Below, piece by piece: positions 9,845 to 17,396 of a stretch of 64,000 bases of DNA. The notes below the pieces were generated by a model. That model saw only the letters and a list, made by a program, of their open reading frames with translations. It ran no database searches and was not told the DNA's origin. Position 1 is the stretch's first letter; each line of letters begins with the position of its first letter. Source of the DNA: an uncultured virus (IMG/VR IMGVR_UViG_2654587972_000002) (Duplodnaviria > Heunggongvirae > Uroviricota > Caudoviricetes); IMG/VR virus record IMGVR_UViG_2654587972_000002. The stretch is one strand, 5' to 3'. Position numbers and translations under genes: made by a program.

Positions 9845-9896
9845 GAGCTCGGTATTTCAACAAGTTAAGTTGTTGGAATTACTGGGCTCTTTTTTA
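9845..9896 (+). terminator. long hairpin/terminator upstream of methylase
   Basis: GAGCTCGGTA...TACTGGGCTC followed by T-run. Confidence 0.6.
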
Positions 9897-9911
9897 TTTA
9901 AGGAGGAAAAA

Positions 9912-10745
9912 ATGAAAATACAAAAGCCTTATAGATATTTTGGGAGTAAAGGTAGATTTTATAATGAAATAAAAGAAATATTTATACAAAGTAAGAAAAA
10001 TACTTACATTGATTTATTTGCTGGTGGAATGGAAGTAGCAGTAAATCTCAAAGAAGACTTTAAAAATATTAAAGTAATAGCAAATGTAAAAGATGAGCAT
10101 ATTGAAAGTTTCTTGAAGTGCAATAAAATGACTATAAACAGATATAAAGAATTTGCTAGATTCTTATATAAAGATATAGAAAAAGTTTCAGTAAAAGACT
10201 TATATGTAGATAAAAAGCTATGGACAGAAGTTAAAAGAAAATATAAAAAGTTTAGAAAAGAAAATATTCTTAATTTTACAGATGATGAAATAAAAGTGGT
10301 TGAACTATTTGCAAGTTTAAATAATGGGGCTTCTTTATCTAATAGCTTTTATTCTTCAGCAAAAATAGAAAAAATGAAAATATACCAAGATAAATTAAAA
10401 AACATAGAAATAACACATAAATATTTTAATGAAAATTGGAGCTATAGAGATAGTTTCATACTACTAGATCCGCCTTACTTGTGTGGAACAGAAGTAGTAA
10501 AAAATAGTAAAAAAGGTTATAATTATAGTAATATCTGGACTGAAAAAGATGATGCCAGGCTTGTAGAATTTATAAGGAATAATCTAAAAAATCATAATGT
10601 ATTTATGGTATTTGGAAGTCTTGAAAATAATCTTTCAAAGCTAATTCAAAAGGCTTTCAATGTAGATTTTGTAGTAAAGAAATATAAAAAATCAATTTTT
10701 GGAATTTCTTCAGATAGAGCTGAGTGGTATTGTATTATAAAATAA
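9912..10745 (+). CDS. Dam-like DNA adenine methyltransferase, copy 1
   Basis: YFGSKG, DLFAGG, DPPY; AGGAGG RBS. Confidence 0.85.
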   Translation: MKIQKPYRYFGSKGRFYNEIKEIFIQSKKNTYIDLFAGGMEVAVNLKEDFKNIKVIANVKDEHIESFLKCNKMTINRYKEFARFLYKDIEKVSVKDLYVDKKLWTEVKRKYKKFRKENILNFTDDEIKVVELFASLNNGASLSNSFYSSAKIEKMKIYQDKLKNIEITHKYFNENWSYRDSFILLDPPYLCGTEVVKNSKKGYNYSNIWTEKDDARLVEFIRNNLKNHNVFMVFGSLENNLSKLIQKAFNVDFVVKKYKKSIFGISSDRAEWYCIIK

Positions 10746-10773
10746 AATGTTTTGATAGTATTTTAGTTATATA

Positions 10774-10802
10774 TTGAAACAAAAGGGCTATTATAGTATA
10801 AT
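10774..10802 (+). promoter_or_regulatory. sigma70 promoter
   Basis: TTGAAA-17-TATAAT. Confidence 0.7.
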
Positions 10803-10835
10803 AAGAATTATAAAGAATTATTGGGGAGTGATTTT

Positions 10836-11606
10836 ATGTTCGGAATATTTGGAGAAAAAGGAACATGTTCAATCTGTGGAAAAGAAAAAGCACATAAAAA
10901 GTTAAATGATGGATTTGTATGTGGTAAGTGTCTAGATTTATGTGGGAATAATAGAAATACCTTCAAAAAATTAGAGAATACAACAACAGCTGAAATTCTT
11001 GAAGAAATTGAAAAAGAAAAACAGGCAGACTTAGATATAGCAAATTTTGTTGGAACAAGAGGAGTTGGAAAACTGATAAAATTTGATGATAATGCTAAAA
11101 AGATACTATTTCCTAAAACATTATTAACAAAAGCTAGAATTTACAATTATTCTGACTTACTAGGATATGAAATTCTTGAAGATGGGAATACAGTAACAAA
11201 AGGTGGGCTTGGAAGTGCAGTAGTTGGGGGTGCTCTTTTTGGTGGTATAGGAGCAGTAGTTGGAGGACTTACTGGTGGAAAAAAATCAAAAGAAGTTGTT
11301 AGAAGTCTAAAAGTTAAAATTGTTTTAGATAATAAGATAGTTCCAGCGGAGTATATAGAATTATTGAAAACTGAGTTTAAAAAAGATGGGTTTGTATATA
11401 GAGGAGCAAAAAAGGAAGCTGAGGATATTGTTGCAATTTTAGCCTCTATTAGTGCTGAAAATGAAAAAAATAAAGAAAGTAATAATACTCCTATTGTAAA
11501 TAATGATCCAATTACAGAAATAAAAAGATATAAAGAACTTTTAGATGGTGGAATCATTACACAAGAAGAGTTTGATAAGAAAAAACAAGAATTATTAAAT
11601 TTATAA
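10836..11606 (+). CDS. zinc-ribbon/glycine-zipper/SHOCT-domain protein (moron)
   Basis: CSIC..CGKC, GGALFGGIGAVVGG, C-terminal LLDGGIITQEEFDKKKQELL. Confidence 0.8.
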   Translation: MFGIFGEKGTCSICGKEKAHKKLNDGFVCGKCLDLCGNNRNTFKKLENTTTAEILEEIEKEKQADLDIANFVGTRGVGKLIKFDDNAKKILFPKTLLTKARIYNYSDLLGYEILEDGNTVTKGGLGSAVVGGALFGGIGAVVGGLTGGKKSKEVVRSLKVKIVLDNKIVPAEYIELLKTEFKKDGFVYRGAKKEAEDIVAILASISAENEKNKESNNTPIVNNDPITEIKRYKELLDGGIITQEEFDKKKQELLNL

Positions 11607-11629
11607 TTATTAGATTTAAGGAGGGGAAA

Positions 11630-11857
11630 ATGCCTAAGAAATACATAAGTGTAGCTCAAGCAGCAAAAAGATTAAAAGTTTCAGTTGGAACAATATATAA
11701 TTATTGTAGAATTGGAACTTTGGGATATAGATGTATCCAAAATCAAAAAAAGAATACATGGCAAGTTGATTTAGAAAGTCTCGAACTGCTTGAAGAAAAT
11801 AGCACATATAAAAGTACCCTTCAAGTAAAAAAAGATAATCAATATAGCCTATTTTAG
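11630..11857 (+). CDS. excisionase-type HTH DNA-binding protein
   Basis: ISVAQAAKRLKVSVGTIYNY. Confidence 0.75.
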   Translation: MPKKYISVAQAAKRLKVSVGTIYNYCRIGTLGYRCIQNQKKNTWQVDLESLELLEENSTYKSTLQVKKDNQYSLF

Positions 11858-11881
11858 AGAGTTTAAAAACTCTCTTTTTTT
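11856..11881 (+). terminator. intrinsic terminator
   Basis: AGAGAGTTT/AAACTCTCT stem + T-run. Confidence 0.7.
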
Positions 11882-11900
11882 ATAAAAAAAAAATTAAAAA

Positions 11901-11944
11901 TATTTGAAAAAGTGGTTGACTTTTTCAAATAAAAGTAGTATAAT
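11901..11944 (+). promoter_or_regulatory. sigma70 promoter with overlapping 13-bp inverted-repeat operator
   Basis: TTGACT-17-TATAAT (11916-11944); TATTTGAAAAAGT-5-ACTTTTTCAAATA. Confidence 0.75.
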
Positions 11945-11966
11945 GAATACATAAGGAGGTGAGAAA

Positions 11967-12092
11967 GTGAAGAGGATAAAAAAATCCCGCCTAACCAGAC
12001 GGGAGAAGTTAGAAATGGTCAAATTGATATTGGAGCTTACGATTGCAGTCCTAACTCTAATAACAGTTATCCTGGAAATCTTAGGGCGTTAA
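11967..12092 (+). CDS. small basic/hydrophobic peptide (41 aa), type I toxin-like
   Basis: AAGGAGGTGA RBS, GTG start, MKRIKKSRLTRREKLEMVKLILELTIAVLTLITVILEILGR. Confidence 0.7.
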   Translation: MKRIKKSRLTRREKLEMVKLILELTIAVLTLITVILEILGR

Positions 12093-12121
12093 GCCCTAAG
12101 GTCTCTGACCTTTCTAACTTC

Positions 12122-12150
12122 ATTATATCCTTTTTAAAAAGCTATGTCAA
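12122..12150 (-). promoter_or_regulatory. perfect antisense sigma70 promoter (putative antitoxin RNA)
   Basis: TTGACA-17-TATAAT on minus strand pointing into the peptide gene. Confidence 0.75.
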
Positions 12151-12257
12151 ATTTAACACTTTTATTGGCAACATTTGTAGCTCTTAATAGTAAGAGCTTA
12201 GCTGTAAAATTTATAATTTTTATGGCGGTTTTATTAAAAATTTTAAAAATAGCATAG
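12144..12257 (+). CDS. small hydrophobic peptide (37 aa)
   Basis: MSNLTLLLATFVALNSKSLAVKFIIFMAVLLKILKIA; weak RBS. Confidence 0.45.
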   Translation: MSNLTLLLATFVALNSKSLAVKFIIFMAVLLKILKIA

Positions 12258-12266
12258 GAGGAAAAA

Positions 12267-12494
12267 ATGAAGTTTGAAGAAATGATTGGAAAGAAATGGT
12301 TAGAAGTAAAAGATGAAATGATAAGTTATATTATTGTAGATAAGGATAATATAGACAAAGAAACAGGAGCTTGTATTGTAGATTTTATTAATTGTGAATT
12401 TTTATCTGTCAATGGGACTTATAAAATAGGAAATGATGAAATTATAATAACAATAGCTGATGAAGCGACTATGTATAATAATGGAGCAAAATAA
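12267..12494 (+). CDS. small acidic hypothetical protein
   Basis: AGGAGG RBS; followed by hairpin AGAAAGGGG/CCCCTTTCT. Confidence 0.65.
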   Translation: MKFEEMIGKKWLEVKDEMISYIIVDKDNIDKETGACIVDFINCEFLSVNGTYKIGNDEIIITIADEATMYNNGAK

Positions 12495-12538
12495 AGAAAG
12501 GGGTTTATCCCCTTTCTAAAAAAGGAGGGGATAAACTT

Positions 12539-12724
12539 ATGATAAAAAATATAAGAGGAGGCAAAAGAGAAGGAGCAGGAAGAAAAGCACTAGGTAAAGA
12601 TAAAAGAATATCAAGATCTATTACAATAAAAAAAGAACTTTTAGATGAAATTAAAATTAAATATAATCAAAAAACTTTATCTTATGTGATAGAGGATGCT
12701 TTGATTGAATACTTAAAAAAATAG
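12539..12724 (+). CDS. ribbon-helix-helix-like regulator
   Basis: RGGKREGAGRK arm followed by SRSITIKKELL...LSYVIEDAL. Confidence 0.7.
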   Translation: MIKNIRGGKREGAGRKALGKDKRISRSITIKKELLDEIKIKYNQKTLSYVIEDALIEYLKK

Positions 12725-12873
12725 TAATTTAAAAAAATATTTGTTAAGCACATCATAAATGGTGTGTTTTTTTTATTTTTACAATTTTTATAATCTTTGC
12801 AAATTTTGTAACATTTGCTGACTAAAGAAGTTATAAGGAATGTAGAAAGAAAAAATAAAAAGGAGTAGTAAAA

Positions 12874-13758
12874 ATGGCAAGAATAAAACCTCCATTCGCA
12901 TATTTTGGGAGTAAAGGGAGATTCTATAAAGAAATTAAGGAAATTTTTGAAAAAAATTATAGACCTAATTTTATTGACTTATTTGCTGGAGCTATGGAGA
13001 TTCCATTGAGCTTCAAGAATGAGTTTGATAATTTAAAAGTTTTGGCTAATGTTAAAGATGAAAAGATTGAATGTCTTTTAAAAGAAAACGCTTTAAAAGT
13101 CTATAAAAAGGGGCTTGAATACATTAAGCATGATTTGAGAGAAAATGCTAGAGATATATACAGTAATAACAAAGATAAATTTGAAGAGGAAAATAGAATA
13201 TTTAAAAATATCTTTTCTGAATGCTGTCCATGCTGTGGAAAAAGATTAAAAAATAAAAAAAATCATGAAATTTTTAATGATAATGAAAAGATGGTTTTAA
13301 AGATTTTGATGGCTTTTGGAGGATGTAGTACAAGTTTATCAAATTCTTTTTACTCTCCTCAAAAACTAGAAACTTTAGAAATTTATCTAAAATCATTGAA
13401 AACAATTGAAATTACAAATAATTTATTTGATGAAAATATGGAGTTTAAAGATAGCTTTATATTTTTAGATCCTCCATATATTCAAAAAATAAATAAAGAA
13501 GAAGAACAATTCATTGGCTATAACTATGCTAGTGATAAAGGAATTCATTGGTCAGTTAAAGATGACAATAGATTGATTGAATTTATAAAAAGAAATCAAA
13601 ATAAAAATAATGTGTTTCTTGTTTTTGGAAGTGTAAATAATAATTTATCAAGGTTATTAAAAAATAATTTTGAATGTGAATTTATTGTAAAGGAATATAA
13701 AAGGGTAACATTTGGAAAACTAGCAGAAAAAGCTGAGTATTTCTGCTTAATAAAATAA
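12874..13758 (+). CDS. Dam-like DNA adenine methyltransferase, copy 2
   Basis: YFGSKG, DLFAGA, DPPY; paralog of 9912..10745. Confidence 0.85.
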   Translation: MARIKPPFAYFGSKGRFYKEIKEIFEKNYRPNFIDLFAGAMEIPLSFKNEFDNLKVLANVKDEKIECLLKENALKVYKKGLEYIKHDLRENARDIYSNNKDKFEEENRIFKNIFSECCPCCGKRLKNKKNHEIFNDNEKMVLKILMAFGGCSTSLSNSFYSPQKLETLEIYLKSLKTIEITNNLFDENMEFKDSFIFLDPPYIQKINKEEEQFIGYNYASDKGIHWSVKDDNRLIEFIKRNQNKNNVFLVFGSVNNNLSRLLKNNFECEFIVKEYKRVTFGKLAEKAEYFCLIK

Positions 13759-13775
13759 AAATATGGAGGTGCTTT

Positions 13776-14180
13776 ATGGATTTAGAGTTATTAAAAGCTA
13801 AAAAGCTATATGCACAAGGTAATACAGCAAAAGAAATAGCTAGTGCTTTAAACAAATCACAAGGCACTATCTATCGTTGGATAAAAGAAAATAAGGAAGA
13901 TTTTGAAGAAGCTAGAAAGCTAGCTGGGATGACTTTAGATGATGTGGTTGATCTACTTGATGAAACACATAAAAAAATATTAATAGAAATTTCTAAAAAT
14001 CCTGAGCAATTCAAAGATCCAAAAACAGCAGATGCTTTAGTTAAAGTTGCAAGTGTTGTAGAAAAAGTAACAGCAAGAAGTGAAAAGAAAAAAGAACAAG
14101 CTAAAAAAGAAATTGAAGAAGAAAGAGGGGTGTTGATAGTTGATGACATCAAAGAAAAGAAGAGAACTCAAGATATCTGA
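13776..14180 (+). CDS. terminase small subunit-like HTH protein
   Basis: N-terminal HTH; precedes large terminase. Confidence 0.7.
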   Translation: MDLELLKAKKLYAQGNTAKEIASALNKSQGTIYRWIKENKEDFEEARKLAGMTLDDVVDLLDETHKKILIEISKNPEQFKDPKTADALVKVASVVEKVTARSEKKKEQAKKEIEEERGVLIVDDIKEKKRTQDI

Positions 14181-15411
14181 TTTATTAACACCTAAATTTC
14201 ACTCACTTTATTCAGCATGGAAAACTAATAAATACACTCGTTTAGTTTGTAAGGGTGGAAGAGGTTCAGCTAAATCTACAAATATAGCTTTAATTTTAGT
14301 TATTGACTTAATGCAGTATCCAGTCAACACTATTTGTTTTAGAAAAGTAGGGGAAACACTTAGAAAATCAGTATATGAACAAATAAAATGGGCTATTAAA
14401 TTTTTAGGAGTAGAGGAATACTTTGAATATAAACTTAGTCCTCTCGAAATTATCTACAAAGAAAGAGGTAATAAATTTATATTTATGGGAGTAGATGACC
14501 CTCAAAAAAGTAAATCTATAAAAGAGGCTCAATTTCCTGTCGCTCGCTACTGGTTTGAAGAACTTGCAGAGTTTAAGAATGAAGATGAAGTTGAAACAGT
14601 TTTAAATTCAATATTTAGAGGTAAGTTAGAAAAAGGGCTTATATATAAAGGCTTCTTTTCATACAACCCCCCTAAAATGAAGCATAACTGGGTAAACAAA
14701 AAGTATAACTATTCTTTTATAGAAAATAATGTATTTGTACATCATTCAGTATACTTAGATAATCCTCATATATCTGAAGAGTTTATAAAAGAAGCTGAAG
14801 CAGTTAAAGCAAAAGATGAAACAAAGTATAAACTTGTGTATATGGGCGAACCAATAGGCAATGGACTTGTACCATTTCCTAATTTAGAAATAAGAGAAAT
14901 AGAAGCTTCAGAGATTGCAGGACTTGAAAAATTTAGAAATGGAGTTGACTGGGGTTATGGAGTTGATCCACTAGCTTTTGTAAGATGGGGATATGATAAA
15001 AAGAAAGGTATTATTTATGCACTAGATGAGTATTATGGAGTAGGTTTAAAAAATAGAAATCTAGCAAACTATATTCTTTCAAAAGGTTATGATGAGTTGG
15101 TTATGTGTGATAGTGCTGAACCCAAATCTATTGATGAATTAAAGGAATATGACATAAGTGCATGGGGAGCAAAAAAAGGTGCTGGAAGTGTTGAGTATGG
15201 AGAAAAATGGCTTTCTGATTTGGAAGCAATAGTAATAGATCCAAAAAGAACTCCAAACATATCAAGAGAATTTGAAATGATTGATTATGACACTGACCGT
15301 GAAGGAAATCCATTACCACGCTTATGTGATTCAAATAATCATACAATAGATGCTACAAGATACGCATTTTCTAATGATATGAAAAAAGGGAAGTGGGTAT
15401 ATGAGTATTAG
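14140..15411 (+). CDS. terminase large subunit, PBSX family
   Basis: KGGRGSAKS, WFEE, YNPP, GVDWGY, NHTIDATRY. Confidence 0.92.
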   Translation: MMTSKKRRELKISDLLTPKFHSLYSAWKTNKYTRLVCKGGRGSAKSTNIALILVIDLMQYPVNTICFRKVGETLRKSVYEQIKWAIKFLGVEEYFEYKLSPLEIIYKERGNKFIFMGVDDPQKSKSIKEAQFPVARYWFEELAEFKNEDEVETVLNSIFRGKLEKGLIYKGFFSYNPPKMKHNWVNKKYNYSFIENNVFVHHSVYLDNPHISEEFIKEAEAVKAKDETKYKLVYMGEPIGNGLVPFPNLEIREIEASEIAGLEKFRNGVDWGYGVDPLAFVRWGYDKKKGIIYALDEYYGVGLKNRNLANYILSKGYDELVMCDSAEPKSIDELKEYDISAWGAKKGAGSVEYGEKWLSDLEAIVIDPKRTPNISREFEMIDYDTDREGNPLPRLCDSNNHTIDATRYAFSNDMKKGKWVYEY

Positions 15412-16651
15412 AGAATTTTTTAAAAATTGGTTTTTCAAGGATTGTTCTGTAATGACTGGAGATGGGAAGAATTTTGAATCATCTGAATATATGTCAACAA
15501 TATGGGAACAGCCAGGCTTTATGCTGCCAATTAAAAAAAAGATTAAGGCTTGTCAAAATATAGAAATGGGCATTTATACAGGAAAAGAAGATGGTAAGAA
15601 AAAAGTTGATAACCATATTTTAAATAAAATTTTTAGAATGATTAATCCAAATACATCATTCCAGGACTTTATAGATTATTTAATAGTTTGGTTAGAAGGT
15701 TCAAATAATGGAGTTTTATTAGAGCTTATAAAAGGATTGCCCTCATTTGCTCCTGATTTATATATACACTCACCAAGTAATTTTACAGTGTATTTCGAAG
15801 GTAGAAGGATAAAAGAAATAAGAATACATAATCCAGCTAAAACAATAACTGGGGACGAATTAAAGAATTATATGTGGCTTAGTTCTCCAAACTATGACAA
15901 CATAATAGATGGAGTTAGTGGAAATGGAATAGGTCAAGGAAGAAGCAAACAGAACGCATTAGCAATATTTGGAGCTTATTTATTCAAGGCTTGGAAATGG
16001 AACTGGAGCTTGGCAAATAATTTAGGAAAACCAGGGGGAATACTTCAAACAGAAGGTGCAGTAGATAAGGAAGATAGAGAAGAAATAAGGAGCAAATATT
16101 CAGCTCATTATGCAGGAGCTGAGAATGCTGGAAGTCCTTTGGTACTTGGTTCTGGATTAAAGTACCAAGACACTTCAAAAGCACCAATAGATGCTGACTG
16201 GAGTACAGCAGAACAAAAAGCACATGAAAGAGCTGCTATTGCTGCTGATGTTCCAGTTGAATTAGTTGGTGGAGGAGATTCAACTTATCAAAATAGAAAA
16301 CAAGCTAAAAAAGAACTATATAGAGAAGCAGTAATTCCGTTTTTTAACAATTTAAAGAATTGGCTTAATTATTTATTAGCTGACTATCTGAAAAATGGAG
16401 AATATATAGACTATGATCTTTCTGGTGCTGATGAACTGAAAGATGATATAGGAGATATTATTCAAAAATTAGAACCTTTAAAAAATAGGGTAACAATAAA
16501 TGAATATAGAAGAATTATATCATCACTTACAGATTTAAGCTTGGAACAATTAAAAGGTGGGGATGTCTTACTTGTTGGTGGTGGAGATATGACATTGGAA
16601 GAAATTACTGAACCAGCTACAACTGAAGGAGAAAAAGAAGAAGATGTATGA
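15401..16651 (+). CDS. portal protein (HK97-like)
   Basis: PGGIL...GAENAGSPLVLGSGLKY...VPVELVG...TINEYR. Confidence 0.88.
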   Translation: MSIREFFKNWFFKDCSVMTGDGKNFESSEYMSTIWEQPGFMLPIKKKIKACQNIEMGIYTGKEDGKKKVDNHILNKIFRMINPNTSFQDFIDYLIVWLEGSNNGVLLELIKGLPSFAPDLYIHSPSNFTVYFEGRRIKEIRIHNPAKTITGDELKNYMWLSSPNYDNIIDGVSGNGIGQGRSKQNALAIFGAYLFKAWKWNWSLANNLGKPGGILQTEGAVDKEDREEIRSKYSAHYAGAENAGSPLVLGSGLKYQDTSKAPIDADWSTAEQKAHERAAIAADVPVELVGGGDSTYQNRKQAKKELYREAVIPFFNNLKNWLNYLLADYLKNGEYIDYDLSGADELKDDIGDIIQKLEPLKNRVTINEYRRIISSLTDLSLEQLKGGDVLLVGGGDMTLEEITEPATTEGEKEEDV

Positions 16652-17385
16652 AAAGGGAAGTTCAAAAAATAAAAGCAATTAAAGCACTAGAAAGAAGACT
16701 CAGTACAAGGAATAAGAAAATTATAGAAAAAATATTCATTGAACTAAGAGATAAAGTAATTGCAGATAATTCAAAATCTTATGATGTAAAAATGATAATA
16801 AATATTGATTATGAGTGGCTTTTGAAAAAGTTTAAAAGTGGGCTTGAAGTAATTTATCTATATACATTCGAGGAGACTTTTAAGGGCTTTCAAAACATCT
16901 ACAAAAAAGTAATAAAACCTAAAACTATAAAAGGTATTAGAGATTATTTTTTAAAAAATTGGAATACAAAAAATGCTGGAAAACAAGCAACTAAAATGAC
17001 AGCAACAACAAAAAATATTTTAAATAAGATAATTACAACAGGACAAGAAGAAGGCTTGTCACATAATGATATGGTAAAAGAACTGGTAAAAAATATCAAT
17101 GGAATGACAGAACAAAGAGCCAGCACAATAGCAAGAACTGAAACAAGTAAGAGCATTAATACAACAAGTTATGAAACTGCTAAGAATGTGATGAAAGAAA
17201 AATGCTGGATACATGTTGGTGGAAAAAAAACATACAGACCACACCATAAAGCTATAAGTAATAAATGGGTTGATATAGATTATAAATGGAAGTTAAAAGA
17301 TGGTGTAGAAGCTGAGTATCCACATCAAGATAGTTTGCCAGTTTCTGAGGTTGTTAGATGTAGTTGTTTAATTATTTTTAGATAA
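16648..17385 (+). CDS. minor head morphogenesis protein (SPP1 gp7/Mu F-like)
   Basis: RASTIARTET, RPHH, RCSC. Confidence 0.8.
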   Translation: MKREVQKIKAIKALERRLSTRNKKIIEKIFIELRDKVIADNSKSYDVKMIINIDYEWLLKKFKSGLEVIYLYTFEETFKGFQNIYKKVIKPKTIKGIRDYFLKNWNTKNAGKQATKMTATTKNILNKIITTGQEEGLSHNDMVKELVKNINGMTEQRASTIARTETSKSINTTSYETAKNVMKEKCWIHVGGKKTYRPHHKAISNKWVDIDYKWKLKDGVEAEYPHQDSLPVSEVVRCSCLIIFR

Positions 17386-17396
17386 AAGGAGTAGGT

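Noticed and set aside
9843..9911. N-terminal extension of methylase 1
   Set aside because: Overlaps a terminator; strong RBS and paralog alignment favour ATG 9912
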